64,000 nucleotides of DNA from an uncultured Planctomycetia bacterium. GTDB lineage: Bacteria; Omnitrophota; Gorgyraeia; Gorgyraeales; Gorgyraeaceae. Shown here piece after piece: positions 46,014-56,132 of this stretch. The translations under genes were made by a program, and so were the position numbers. Where the stretch lies: the NCBI GenBank assembly GCA_964415355.1, contig CAYPYS010000003.1, positions 68,156 to 132,155 of the forward strand, in the 5' to 3' direction. The notes under the pieces were generated by a model. That model saw only the letters and a program-made list of their open reading frames with translations, was not told where the DNA came from and made no database searches. Every line of letters begins with the position of its first letter. Positions within the stretch are counted from its first letter, which is position 1.

Positions 46014-46432
46014 GTAACACCCTCTTTTTTCAAAAGTGCTGTTGTCACGCCATCGCCTTTGATTAAATGCGACTTGAAGCTACCGTCATAAATCTCACCG
46101 ACGCCGCACGAAGGGCTTTTTGATTTCAAAATAGATTCTTTTATATTAAATTTTTTTACGATGTCGAGCGCGGCAACCGCGCCTTTTAAGAATTCAAGAG
46201 TTACATCTTGCCCATTTTCATCAAAAACCTTTGCCTCTCCACTTAAAACATCCTGGCCCTCTCCTCCTTTGATCTCTGTCTTTGTGCGGGGGATCGCTCT
46301 GCCACCAAGGACCTCTGGACAAACAGCTACTGCCTGTTTTTTGTCGACGAGTTCCTTTATTTCAGGATTCAATCTATGCTTTCCGTCCCATGAGCAATTT
46401 TTTCCAGCCAGACATGCGCTTACCAATATCAT
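45998..46432 (-). CDS. DUF523 family protein
   Basis: MILVSACLAGKNCSWDGKHRL. Confidence 0.45.
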   Translation of the reverse strand: MILVSACLAGKNCSWDGKHRLNPEIKELVDKKQAVAVCPEVLGGRAIPRTKTEIKGGEGQDVLSGEAKVFDENGQDVTLEFLKGAVAALDIVKKFNIKESILKSKSPSCGVGEIYDGSFKSHLIKGDGVTTALLKKEGVTCRAV

Positions 46433-47046
46433 ATGTCTAACTCCGATCTGACTTTATCTGTAGAGCCATTGCCATCAAAAACTAAACCCTTGATGCCTAA
46501 TTTCTCAGCTGCCTCGATCAGATCTCTCCTATCGTCTATATAAAGCGCTCTCGATTCTACAGTCTTTGCCGCATCAAGCGCAATCTTGTAAATCTCAGGC
46601 GCTGGCTTTCTAAGCCCGACTTCATAAGAAAGAATAAGTTTGTCAAATTTTTCAAAGACAGGCATTTTAGGTCTTAGAAATTTAAAATGTGTTTCATTAA
46701 GATTGGATATCATGATAAGCTTGTGGTCTCTTTTAATTTCTCCTAAAAACTTCTGCATCTTAAGGTTTTCCGACACCTCAAAGAATATATCATTCCAGAT
46801 GTTAAAAAAACTATCGCGATCCATGTCTAATTTGAGAAAATCCTTTACCCTATGAAAAAACTCGTCGGTAGTGATCGCCCCTTTTTCATACAGCTCTGTA
46901 AGAGGAGAATCGAAGAATAGATTATAGATATCTTCTTCTTTTTTAGGGGTGTGCTGTAAAATCTTCTTCGCGGCAATCCTGTGGTCAAAATTGATCAGGA
47001 CATTGCCCAAGTCAGATATTATTGTGTCGAATTTCTTCTGTACCAT
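46429..47046 (-). CDS. HAD-superfamily hydrolase
   Basis: 205 aa, IISDLGNVLI N-terminal Asp motif. Confidence 0.55.
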   Translation of the reverse strand: MVQKKFDTIISDLGNVLINFDHRIAAKKILQHTPKKEEDIYNLFFDSPLTELYEKGAITTDEFFHRVKDFLKLDMDRDSFFNIWNDIFFEVSENLKMQKFLGEIKRDHKLIMISNLNETHFKFLRPKMPVFEKFDKLILSYEVGLRKPAPEIYKIALDAAKTVESRALYIDDRRDLIEAAEKLGIKGLVFDGNGSTDKVRSELDI

Positions 47047-47094
47047 AGTTAATTAGTATAGTCGGCTTATATCGTAGAATCAAGTACATTATAC

Positions 47095-47131
47095 TAACTT
47101 TACATTTCAACAACGTTAAAGTGTAAAGTTA
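47095..47131. repeat. element copy 23
   Basis: consensus copy. Confidence 0.9.
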
Positions 47132-48394
47132 GCGCCAGGTGAGCCAGAGAAAGATGTAAGCTGATGATACTGCGGCGAGGGTAAACGGAAGGCCTATCTT
47201 TAAAAAATCCAAGAAACCTACTTTGTAGCCACGCTCTCTGAGCATTCCCATTGAGACAATATTGGCTGAAGCGCCTATAGGAGTTATATTCCCCCCTAGA
47301 GTAGCGCCTATCAATAGGCCAAATAAGAATAACTCTGGCGCAGCGCCCATGCTGGATGCAAGGATCTTTGCGACAGGTATCATGGTTATGACATAGGGTA
47401 TGTTGTCTATAAATGCAGAGAATAAAACCGAGGCCCACACGATCAAGGTAAACGTAAGGAAGATGTTCCCACCTGTTACATCTGATATAAAATTTGCCAG
47501 GTCCTCTATTATGCCCACGTGGCTAAGCGTACCTATGAGGATAAATACACCTATCAAGAACAGAAATGTCCTCCAGTCTATATTTTTTATAAATGAAAAC
47601 TCCTCTTTACTGGAGATCTTATGCCAGAGAACCCCTATGCCGCCAAAAAATAGGCAGATCAGTGCGATCGAATAATAGGGCTTTTGCGTGATAAAACTGG
47701 AAACTCCTAGACTAGCTATCATAAGAGACATAAGAATAGTTGGCATCCATGTTTTAACCTTTACCTGCTCGATCCTTTCTGCGCGCTGCCTGAAACGCCT
47801 AAAAATAAGATACAAAACTACGAATGAAGCCACTGCGCCTATTTCCACTGCAAATGCAATGCCAGGTCTTCCTTTCATCCAGAAAAAGTCCATGAAATTC
47901 ATTCTATGGAGCATGGCAAGAATGATGCTGGGCGAATCTCCTATCATTGTCGCAGATCCCTGAAGATTAGAGCTCACGGCTATGCTTATCAAAAACGGAA
48001 TCGGATTGGCTTTTAATTTTTTGGCGACCTCGAATGCGATCGGCGCCACTATAATGACCGTTGCGACATTTTCTGTAAAACTGGATATGAAGCTTGAGAG
48101 AAGCGCGATGAACAAAATCGCCATTCCTACATTTTTGGATTTAGAGACGAGCCTTGTTGCAAGAAATCCAGGCACATTGGAATATATAAATAAGCCTGAG
48201 AGAATCATTGAGCCTAAAAATACTCCCAAGACATTAAAGTTTATGCTCGACAGTGCTTGTTTTAGATCAATTGCCTGGGAAATTAAAAGTATGGCAACGC
48301 CGCTGAATAGCGGGATAAGTGGATTGACTTTGCGGTTGAATAATATAACAGAAGCGTAAGTCAGCAGAAATATAGTAACTACAAAAATCTTCAT
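47129..48394 (-). CDS. ArsB/NhaD-superfamily anion permease
   Basis: 421 aa polytopic with internal symmetry. Confidence 0.45.
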   Translation of the reverse strand: MKIFVVTIFLLTYASVILFNRKVNPLIPLFSGVAILLISQAIDLKQALSSINFNVLGVFLGSMILSGLFIYSNVPGFLATRLVSKSKNVGMAILFIALLSSFISSFTENVATVIIVAPIAFEVAKKLKANPIPFLISIAVSSNLQGSATMIGDSPSIILAMLHRMNFMDFFWMKGRPGIAFAVEIGAVASFVVLYLIFRRFRQRAERIEQVKVKTWMPTILMSLMIASLGVSSFITQKPYYSIALICLFFGGIGVLWHKISSKEEFSFIKNIDWRTFLFLIGVFILIGTLSHVGIIEDLANFISDVTGGNIFLTFTLIVWASVLFSAFIDNIPYVITMIPVAKILASSMGAAPELFLFGLLIGATLGGNITPIGASANIVSMGMLRERGYKVGFLDFLKIGLPFTLAAVSSAYIFLWLTWR

Positions 48395-49023
48395 GCTCCC
48401 CTGCTTTTCTCTGCCAGAAAGTACGTAAGCCTTTCTAGCTCCATAGAGAGATCTATATTTAAAATCTCTACATCTTTTGGGCCTCTCGACGCCCTGGGCC
48501 TTATAGGCGCAAAATTTAGTATGGCCTTGATCCCTGAAGAAACAAGGTTATCAATAACATCCTGCGCTGACTCATGCGGAACAGCAACGACCGCCATGCT
48601 TAATTTATTGGCGCTTACTATTTTTTTGAGGTCCTTTATATCTCTTATCTTAATCCCCTGCCTGACTTTGTCAATCTTTCTCTTGTCATTATCAAATGCA
48701 TACTTTATATTAAATCCCTGCCCCTTGAACCCCTTATAAGCAAGAAGCGCTGAGCCAAGATTGCCCACACCGACCAATGCAACAGCCCAATCTCTGTCTA
48801 TGCCCAGGATTTTTCTGAGCTGCTCCTTTAATTCCTCTATTATATATCCCCGGCCGCGCGTGCCAAACTGACCAAAATACGCAAGATCTTTTCTGATCTG
48901 CGCAGCACTGCAACCAGTAAGGCTCGAGAGTTCTTGCGAGGAAATCACGCTTGCATTTTTGGTTGATAAAAGTGCTCTATAATAAAGTGAAATCCTAGGG
49001 ATACTTAGAGATGGGATCTTCAT
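48391..49023 (-). CDS. rex: redox-sensing transcriptional repressor Rex
   Basis: AVVAVPHESAQDVIDNLVSSGIKAILNFAP Rossmann/winged-helix pattern. Confidence 0.8.
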   Translation of the reverse strand: MKIPSLSIPRISLYYRALLSTKNASVISSQELSSLTGCSAAQIRKDLAYFGQFGTRGRGYIIEELKEQLRKILGIDRDWAVALVGVGNLGSALLAYKGFKGQGFNIKYAFDNDKRKIDKVRQGIKIRDIKDLKKIVSANKLSMAVVAVPHESAQDVIDNLVSSGIKAILNFAPIRPRASRGPKDVEILNIDLSMELERLTYFLAEKSRGA

Positions 49024-49036
49024 GCTATTTTCGCAC

Positions 49037-49082
49037 GGTTACAAAAGGTACAAAAACTCTAAAAATCTGTACCTTCTGTACC
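49037..49082. promoter_or_regulatory. cluster of four GGTACA(AAAA) half-sites (two direct, two inverted) upstream of rex
   Basis: ggttacaaaa, ggtacaaaaa, then tctgtacc twice. Confidence 0.3.
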
Positions 49083-49119
49083 TAACTTTACATTTCAACA
49101 ACGTTAAAATGTAAAGTTA
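49083..49119. repeat. element copy 24
   Basis: taactttacatttcaacaacgttaaaatgtaaagtta. Confidence 0.9.
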
Positions 49120-49126
49120 GGGATAA

Positions 49127-50350
49127 TTACTTTATTGGTCTTTCTTTTAGAGGCTTAAATGTAACGCCGCTTTCAGCCCCTGGGATAGGTGCAACAGGCT
49201 CTGTAAGGAGAAATTCCCCCTTATCGATCCAGCCTTTGAGAGTCTGGGCTATTTCAACTGCCTTTGAGTAGCTGGACAAAGCGCCTGTCGGCACTTCTTT
49301 CCCCTTCACTTGAATCTTGCCACTCTTAAGCTGAGTATAATTCACCTCTCCAAGACTTCCTGGTTTGCAATTTGGGTAGGAATCGCTATAGTCAACTATC
49401 TGTGTCCAGATTTCTTCGTCTTTTACCGCTGTAAATTTACATATCTCTTCATTAAGTATAGGTATAGGCACACCTACGCCGACTGTGAGTGTAACGCCAT
49501 AGCCCTGAAAAGTCGTACCTACTAAATAGTCGGAAGACATTTCTTTTAAATCTCCGATTACTGCCAGCGTACCTGCTGGTGCTTGAGGAATTCCAGTGTT
49601 TTTGCGCTTAACTGTTGGCGCGTGCTGAGTACCCTGCCATGCCACATAACCTGTGCCTCCTCCGAGGAATATCTTTGTGCCGATACCTAACGTCTTGTAG
49701 TGAGGATCATTTAATAGTGGTGAAAGCTGGCCTGCGCTGCAATAATAAGCATTGCCAAGCTGCGGCCTCAAGGTGCCCATGTAAGTATAAATCATCCTGT
49801 CAGAAAGATTCACGGCACAGTTATAATTCTGGTACACGTTCCTGATATTAAAGAGAACTGTTTCATTCAGATCTTTTATATTAATAAGCGTCTCTAGTTT
49901 CTTGCGAGGATAACAGTCGGTGCCATAAGCTGTAGCAGAAAGCCTAAGATCCTTCCCTGCAACAAGCTCCTCTATTACATGCGCGCCGCCATATTTAAAC
50001 TCGCCTGGATAGACTTTATTGGTAGGATCGTCCTCGGGCATAGCGGTCGCACCTAAAAATAAATCAACTGCTGCAAAGCCAGCGTATACAGGCACGTCAT
50101 TCAACGTAACCTTGCCTCCGCCGAGCTTTATCCTGGGCTTGGAGTGACCTATATTAAAATACGCACCTGATGAACACATTGGCCCGAACGTCCCTGTGGT
50201 TACAACATCCACTTTCGCCGCTGTCTTCTCAAGACCATCTCGCTCCACCAAGTCAATTATCTCTTCTGCTGTGACAACCACAGCCTGCTTCTTTTTGATC
50301 TTTTCATTGATCTCTCTAATAGTCTTCGCCATTCCAAGCCTCCCTTTCAT
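49127..50350 (-). CDS. DUF39/COG1900 homocysteine-biosynthesis (sulfur-incorporation) protein
   Basis: 407 aa; resembles methanogen-type COG1900 proteins. Confidence 0.5.
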   Translation of the reverse strand: MKGRLGMAKTIREINEKIKKKQAVVVTAEEIIDLVERDGLEKTAAKVDVVTTGTFGPMCSSGAYFNIGHSKPRIKLGGGKVTLNDVPVYAGFAAVDLFLGATAMPEDDPTNKVYPGEFKYGGAHVIEELVAGKDLRLSATAYGTDCYPRKKLETLINIKDLNETVLFNIRNVYQNYNCAVNLSDRMIYTYMGTLRPQLGNAYYCSAGQLSPLLNDPHYKTLGIGTKIFLGGGTGYVAWQGTQHAPTVKRKNTGIPQAPAGTLAVIGDLKEMSSDYLVGTTFQGYGVTLTVGVGVPIPILNEEICKFTAVKDEEIWTQIVDYSDSYPNCKPGSLGEVNYTQLKSGKIQVKGKEVPTGALSSYSKAVEIAQTLKGWIDKGEFLLTEPVAPIPGAESGVTFKPLKERPIK

Positions 50351-50363
50351 TTTAAGAGTTTGC

Positions 50364-50400
50364 TAACTTTACACTTTAACGTTGTTGAAATGTAAAGTTA
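50364..50400. repeat. element copy 25
   Basis: consensus copy; supplies cysK stop. Confidence 0.9.
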
Positions 50401-51324
50401 GGATTTGAATAAGTCTGTGCTTATGTATCTTTCTCCTGTGTCGGGTAAGATTACTACTATGAGCTTGCCTTTGTTCTCTGGACGTTTGGCTATTTCCACC
50501 GCTGCATACACTGCTGCGCCACTGGATATGCCTGCAAGTATCCCTTCTTCTTTAGCTAGAAGTTTTGAAGTCGCAAATGCGTCTTCGTTTTTAACTTTTA
50601 GAATCTCATCTATTAATCCAGTATCCAAGACATCTGGGACAAAACCAGCGCCTATGCCCTGGATCTTATGAGACCCGGAACTACCTCCGGAAAGAACAGG
50701 TGAATCAAATGGCTCAACCGCTACCACTTTAAATTCTTTTTTTCTCTTCTTTATAGCCTGGGCCACGCCTGTCAAAGTACCACCTGTCCCAACGCCACTA
50801 ATAAGAATATCGACCTTTCCGTCTGTGTCTTTCCAGATTTCTTCAGCTGTTGCTTCTCTGTGGATCTTTGGATTCGCAGGATTTTTAAACTGTTGTGGCA
50901 TAAAAGCACCTTTGGTCTTTTTGGTCAACTCTTCTGCCTTTTCAACAGCACCCTTCATGCCTTTGTCGCCGGGCGTAAGAACGATCTCAGCCCCGAATAA
51001 GTCCAGAACCTTTCGCCTCTCGACACTCATTGTCTCAGGCATTGTAATAATAAGCTTATAACCCTTTGCTGCTGCGATAAACGCAAGACCAATGCCAGTA
51101 TTGCCACTAGTAGGCTCTATGATCGTGCCGCCTGGCTTTAAAATACCTTTATCCTCCGCATCCTTGATCATTGAAAAACCTATCCTATCCTTCACGCTGC
51201 CGCAAGGATTAAAGGATTCGAGCTTCCCGACAATTTCCGCTTCTATATCTTTGGCTATAGCGCCCAATCTTACGAGCGGGGTATTTCCAATCGTCTCTGT
51301 TATATCTTTATAAATCTTAGACAT
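50398..51324 (-). CDS. cysK: cysteine synthase (O-acetylserine sulfhydrylase)
   Basis: PLP fold, SVKDR, GTGGT motifs. Confidence 0.85.
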   Translation of the reverse strand: MSKIYKDITETIGNTPLVRLGAIAKDIEAEIVGKLESFNPCGSVKDRIGFSMIKDAEDKGILKPGGTIIEPTSGNTGIGLAFIAAAKGYKLIITMPETMSVERRKVLDLFGAEIVLTPGDKGMKGAVEKAEELTKKTKGAFMPQQFKNPANPKIHREATAEEIWKDTDGKVDILISGVGTGGTLTGVAQAIKKRKKEFKVVAVEPFDSPVLSGGSSGSHKIQGIGAGFVPDVLDTGLIDEILKVKNEDAFATSKLLAKEEGILAGISSGAAVYAAVEIAKRPENKGKLIVVILPDTGERYISTDLFKS

Positions 51325-51337
51325 TATTACCTCCTCA

Positions 51338-51790
51338 TTAAATATAATAGGTAGGCTCTTTTTTCTCTTTTCTTCTCTCTTCCAGTTTTCTCACTAGCTC
51401 AGCAAAGGTAACCGTATCTACCGTAAGAGAAATAGCTGTATACACCTGATTCCATATGTCTCTAAATACACAGGACTTGAAATCCTTGCAATCATCATAC
51501 CTTTTTTTGTTTGCGCAGCTAATTGGTTCTATCGGGCCTTCTATAAATCTAATCACCTCGCCCATTGTAATCTTCTCAGGAGGCCTTGCTAGAAAATAAC
51601 CACCACTTACACCACGTTTACTATCTACAAAACCGCCTTTCTTTAAGATAAGCAAAACCTGTTCCAAAAATTTTGCAGGGATATCGCCTTTTTTTGAAAG
51701 ATCCTGAATAGAGAAAACACCTTTATTATAATTTAAGGCTAATTCCAGCATTGTCTTGAGCGCGTAGTCGGTTTTATAACTTATCTTCAT
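51338..51790 (-). CDS. Rrf2-family transcriptional regulator
   Basis: [18 protein letters not shown]; Cys residues for Fe-S. Confidence 0.75.
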   Translation of the reverse strand: MKISYKTDYALKTMLELALNYNKGVFSIQDLSKKGDIPAKFLEQVLLILKKGGFVDSKRGVSGGYFLARPPEKITMGEVIRFIEGPIEPISCANKKRYDDCKDFKSCVFRDIWNQVYTAISLTVDTVTFAELVRKLEERRKEKKEPTYYI

Positions 51791-51868
51791 CTTAGCCTCC
51801 TAATCTCTATAATTATGATTTACTTAGTAGTGATTATAACACAACCTCTTCCGATGTCAAGTATTTTT

Positions 51869-51908
51869 TTAAGTATACACTTTAACATTGTTGAAATGTA
51901 AACTTAAG
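51869..51908. repeat. element copy 26 (chimeric arms GTATAC / AAACTT)
   Basis: ttaagtatacactttaacattgttgaaatgtaaacttaag. Confidence 0.8.
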
Positions 51909-52605
51909 CAATATTATACAAACTTGATTTTTCTTTTGGAATTATTTTGCCGTCTTGTAAATAGACTACTTTATTGGCCTGTGAGCCTAATTTAGGATTG
52001 TGGGTCGCTACTATTATTGTCAGGCCTTCTTCTTTATTTAGCTTCTTGAATATATCAAATATTTCCTGCGCGCTTTTTGTGTCCAGGTTACCTGTTGGCT
52101 CGTCTGCCAATAAAATTTTAGGTGATGTTGCCAATGCCCTTGCGATCGCTACTCTCTGCCTCTCCCCTCCGGATAACTCTTTTGGCAAATGATTCATACG
52201 ATGGCCAAGGCCTACTTTTCTAAGGATCTCTACTGATTTGCTTCTTCCTTGATATTGTCTTGAAAAAGATAAAGGGAGTTCCGCGTTCTCTAGCGCCGTA
52301 AGGCTTGATATAAGAAGAAAATCCTGAAATATAAAACTGATACCACTGCGCCTCATATTAACCAATGCGTTCTCTTTAGCACTTGAGACATCCTTTCCCA
52401 GGACCTCTAGTTTTCCTCCGGAAATCATGTCCAGGCAACCTATCATATCCAAAAGCGTGGTCTTGCCTGAGCCAGACGGCCCCATGAGCGCGACAAAATC
52501 ACCCTGCCGGATATCCAGACTGACGCCATTGACTGCCCGTATATTTTCGGCAGTCAATTTATATATCTTTGTTAAATTTTGTGTTTTTATAATATTATCG
52601 GCCAT
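51904..52605 (-). CDS. ABC transporter ATP-binding protein (MacB/LolD type)
   Basis: GPSGSGKTT, LSGGERQRVAIARAL. Confidence 0.85.
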   Translation of the reverse strand: MADNIIKTQNLTKIYKLTAENIRAVNGVSLDIRQGDFVALMGPSGSGKTTLLDMIGCLDMISGGKLEVLGKDVSSAKENALVNMRRSGISFIFQDFLLISSLTALENAELPLSFSRQYQGRSKSVEILRKVGLGHRMNHLPKELSGGERQRVAIARALATSPKILLADEPTGNLDTKSAQEIFDIFKKLNKEEGLTIIVATHNPKLGSQANKVVYLQDGKIIPKEKSSLYNIA

Positions 52606-52607
52606 TT

Positions 52608-53792
52608 TTAATCTCCTGTTCTGATGGCCTCTATTGGCCTCATTGACGATGCCCTCAATGCAGGATATGTCCCCGCGATCAGCCCCATAATTATGGTCGC
52701 TACAAATGATAGAATTAAAAGATAAGGTGTAATCAATACTAATTGGCCGCCAGGCGTATAAGGCAAGACCTGCCTTATAATGCGTTCCACTAAATTACTC
52801 CCTAAGATAGCCAGGATATTCCCAAAAATCCCTCCAAAGATACAAACAAGAGTCGTCTCTATCCATATTATCCGGAATATATCCATTCTGGACGCACCGA
52901 GCGCCTTCATGACTCCTATCTCACGCGTACGCTCGAATACCGACATTAAAATAGTATTCGTAACCCCGATCACGGCTATAAAAATAGCTATTATGGCAAC
53001 AGAATTTGCCATAACCTTGGCTGACGCTATTAGATTCAGGATGGTTCCCCTTACCTGCGCAAGACTTATGACCTGTATGCCCGGCTCATTGTATAAATCC
53101 TCCTCAAATTCCGAAAGCATGGTGATTTCTTCTAGCTTTACGCCTATGCCGGTTAATTTACCCGAAAGACCGAATATAGTCTGAGCTGTCTTTAAAGGCA
53201 TAAAGATCACGCCGTCATCCTGCGTGCCTGTGCGCTCAAAAATACCTCTCACTGTAAGTATCTTCTCTACGCCTGGTATAAAAAGTTTATCTCCGACCAG
53301 GCGCTGCTCTACCTCAGCCGCCTCATAGCCCATTATGACTTCGTCTGCCGCATCGGTCGAAAACCATCCTCCGTCTTTAAACTTATTCCACGGTTTTAAT
53401 TTAAGAAAGGATCTTTCGATGCCCATATACATCGCAAACCCGCCTCGGCCCTCTGACCTTTCCTGATTATATACGGTAGAGACAAGCTGCGGAGTTATCG
53501 TATCCACTCTTTGATCATCCACGATCCTTTCGTATATATCCTCGTCCATATAACGAAGGCCTCCTCCACCCTTAAGCATGAGCGTAGCTGCCTCATACGG
53601 GCAACCCTTGGCAGTTACCAGAACATGATAACCCATCCTGTCGATATCAGTACTAAGCCCTTTCTGATAACCTTTGTCAAAGCCCAAAAGACTTACTAAA
53701 ACCGCCACTGCTATTGACACGCCACCTACTGTCAGAACGGTGCGTATTTTTTTCCGTTTGAGATTCTTAAAAGCTATTATAAAAAATCTCAT
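52608..53792 (-). CDS. ABC transporter permease, FtsX/MacB-like with large periplasmic domain
   Basis: 394 aa, 1 TM + periplasmic domain + 3 TM. Confidence 0.75.
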   Translation of the reverse strand: MRFFIIAFKNLKRKKIRTVLTVGGVSIAVAVLVSLLGFDKGYQKGLSTDIDRMGYHVLVTAKGCPYEAATLMLKGGGGLRYMDEDIYERIVDDQRVDTITPQLVSTVYNQERSEGRGGFAMYMGIERSFLKLKPWNKFKDGGWFSTDAADEVIMGYEAAEVEQRLVGDKLFIPGVEKILTVRGIFERTGTQDDGVIFMPLKTAQTIFGLSGKLTGIGVKLEEITMLSEFEEDLYNEPGIQVISLAQVRGTILNLIASAKVMANSVAIIAIFIAVIGVTNTILMSVFERTREIGVMKALGASRMDIFRIIWIETTLVCIFGGIFGNILAILGSNLVERIIRQVLPYTPGGQLVLITPYLLILSFVATIIMGLIAGTYPALRASSMRPIEAIRTGD

Positions 53793-54160
53793 TTTAGCTC
53801 CACCCCTTCTCCTATGATCATTGTCTTTCCGTATTGTATCTTTACTTTACCTTCTACAGTAGCCGTACTGCCGACCTTCTGCGGAATGGCAAAGCCATAA
53901 GGTTTGAAATCCACGTATATCACGCCTTCCTTGTCTTTCAAATCGATCCAACACCCTGTAGAGCACTCGTTTATTATCTTTCCCTCTACCCTTACTGTTT
54001 CACCATTGTATTTATCCGGATTTGAAAGAATGTCGCCTACTTCGGTCGCCTCTCTCTCTGTAAGGGCCTTTCCAAAATTCTCTCTCTTGCCACATCCGTT
54101 CAAAAATCCTATGCCGAAAACCAGTAAACCTATCAAAGCCAAAAACGTCAATCTCTTCAT
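53789..54160 (-). CDS. small lipoprotein with CSTGC motif (OB-fold-like)
   Basis: Lipobox LNGC; 123 aa. Confidence 0.45.
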   Translation of the reverse strand: MKRLTFLALIGLLVFGIGFLNGCGKRENFGKALTEREATEVGDILSNPDKYNGETVRVEGKIINECSTGCWIDLKDKEGVIYVDFKPYGFAIPQKVGSTATVEGKVKIQYGKTMIIGEGVELK

Positions 54161-54804
54161 TTTTCATCGCCTCCCCAGAATCTCTCGAGAAGAATAAGGT
54201 TCTTTTTAATCCCCCTTAATGTCGAATAAAAATCTTCTGCACTGTTTTCGCTCAGGTCTTTTATGCCCTCCAAAACACCCTTATTAAAAAAATCCTCTAG
54301 CTTCAAGCCTATAAACTGCCCTGTAAAAGAATCATCCCTGAATTTAGGCGCTTCGGGCGAAGAGATCTTCTGATAATAAAAATCTATGATAGTGCTCTCT
54401 AAATCCGTGGCCAAAATGATCTGCATGCCGCCGTACATGCCTTTTTGATTCACGCCATGAACACGACCTATTAGTTCTTTACCTTTTAGAACAGTGTAAT
54501 AGGCGTAGGGAGTATCTAATGTTTCGTAGATCGAATCGAACGTATCTCCTAATTCCTCTTCTATTTCCCTTTTCAACTCCTCTCCACCCCTTTCCTCTAT
54601 AGTAATAAACTCTGTCCTGTAACCCGTAGATTCCGGGAAAATCCTTCTTATGTCTCTATCCGGGTCATTCAAGGTGCACCCCACAGCAGCGAATGATACT
54701 GTAGCATAGCCGAGCAAGAATAAAATACTAATTCCCAAAATAATAGAATTGCAACAAGGCCTTGTCATCTTCTTTCTCTCCATAAAGATTAAAATCATGC
54801 GCAA
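54157..54804 (-). CDS. exported protein with FMN_bind-like domain
   Basis: GMYGGMQIILATDLESTIIDFYYQKISSPEAP resembles NqrC/RnfG-type FMN_bind block. Confidence 0.3.
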   Translation of the reverse strand: MRMILIFMERKKMTRPCCNSIILGISILFLLGYATVSFAAVGCTLNDPDRDIRRIFPESTGYRTEFITIEERGGEELKREIEEELGDTFDSIYETLDTPYAYYTVLKGKELIGRVHGVNQKGMYGGMQIILATDLESTIIDFYYQKISSPEAPKFRDDSFTGQFIGLKLEDFFNKGVLEGIKDLSENSAEDFYSTLRGIKKNLILLERFWGGDEK

Positions 54805-55735
54805 GAAGCGTCCTGAGCGTAATGTTTTCGTTTAACTTATAGGAAATACCCGCGCTCAAGGTAGAATCATCAGTATCGCTAGCGTGGATATCGTTTATCC
54901 ATGACTGAAACTGCAGTTCCAACTGCACATTTTGATGCTTTGGCAAGGTATAATCTAGTTCAAAAAGATAGCCTAAAACATCTTCATTGTCATCTTGTCC
55001 ATAAGCTAGCTCTCCTTTAAAAACATATGGTCCATAGAGATATTGCGCATCCAGGCCAATTCTTTCCTTAGTGACTGCATCATTTGACAGAAGATGATTT
55101 TTTGGAAACGTGCTCATGCCTTTTGTCTTCAAAACCTCTCCATGCATAAAAGAGATGCCATATTGAAAATCCTGAGTCGCGGGCGAGCCGATCCTTGTAG
55201 TAAAAAGATAGATTCCATCAGTCCTCCGAATACTCATGCCTGAACCAGTCTGCAAGGCAATCTTATAGTCAAATTTTTCCATGCTTCCTTTTAATGCTAC
55301 GCCCCAGTCTTTTTTAAAACCAATATTTTTCTTTGCCAGAGTCTGCATAAGCGTTCCATGCGTGTCAAGCACCGGCTCCAGCCCAAAGGCCGGGTCAAAA
55401 TGTCCGAGCTTAATGTTATACCCATAGCCAAGCTTATACTCCATCCATGCATTGTGGATCTCGATTGCCCGCGCATCCTGTGAATCCTCTAAGCTGTCAT
55501 ATGAAAATCGTACCTGTAGATCAGTCGTGAGAAAATCCCCGTATTCGTCCGAAAATTTCCTGTAGTCTTCGAACCCGATAGAATTCATCAAGGAATCGCC
55601 CTTGCCTGTCCACTCATCCCTATCTGAATAGCCTCCTATAATATTGACCTCTTTATAAAAAAGCGCCTGATTAGCAAATGCAAGGGTTACTGAAAAAATA
55701 AAGACCGAGGCTATGATAAAACTTATAATTTTCAT
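54728..55735 (-). CDS. outer-membrane beta-barrel protein (porin-like)
   Basis: Signal peptide, alternating amphipathic strands, C-terminal YYFGN. Confidence 0.4.
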   Translation of the reverse strand: MKIISFIIASVFIFSVTLAFANQALFYKEVNIIGGYSDRDEWTGKGDSLMNSIGFEDYRKFSDEYGDFLTTDLQVRFSYDSLEDSQDARAIEIHNAWMEYKLGYGYNIKLGHFDPAFGLEPVLDTHGTLMQTLAKKNIGFKKDWGVALKGSMEKFDYKIALQTGSGMSIRRTDGIYLFTTRIGSPATQDFQYGISFMHGEVLKTKGMSTFPKNHLLSNDAVTKERIGLDAQYLYGPYVFKGELAYGQDDNEDVLGYLFELDYTLPKHQNVQLELQFQSWINDIHASDTDDSTLSAGISYKLNENITLRTLLAHDFNLYGEKEDDKALLQFYYFGN

Positions 55736-55745
55736 CTCAAGATCC

Positions 55746-56048
55746 TTAGCCTGATTTTCTGAATCTGGAAATAAGTTCGATTATCTCATCTATCTTTTTC
55801 TCTTTTTCAGATTCAGACCTTCCTTTAAGGGCACGGACAACGCAACCATCAAGGTGTTTTCTAAAAATATTATTCTCTACCCTGTAGAGCGCGCCGATAA
55901 TAGAGTGGATCTGCGTGATGATATCCACGCAATAGCGGCCCTCATCTATCATTTTCTGGATGCCTTTGACCTGTCCTTCTATCCTCTTAAGAGGTATCAG
56001 CTGTTCCGGGTGTACGGTCTTCTGTTTCATAGTAATCTCTCCTCCCAC
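55746..56048 (-). CDS. CsoR/RcnR-family metal-sensing repressor
   Basis: IEGQVKGIQKMIDEGRYCVDIITQIHSIIGALYRV with C-H-C signature positions. Confidence 0.7.
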   Translation of the reverse strand: MGGEITMKQKTVHPEQLIPLKRIEGQVKGIQKMIDEGRYCVDIITQIHSIIGALYRVENNIFRKHLDGCVVRALKGRSESEKEKKIDEIIELISRFRKSG

Positions 56049-56092
56049 TGTAAGTATACCATACCCCCCTACCCTATGTCAAGAAGAAACCT

Positions 56093-56130
56093 AACTTTAC
56101 ATTTCAACAATGTTAAAGTGTATACTTAAG
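56093..56130. repeat. element copy 27 (chimeric arms AACTTT / GTATAC)
   Basis: taactttacatttcaacaatgttaaagtgtatacttaag. Confidence 0.8.
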
Positions 56131-56132
56131 TG

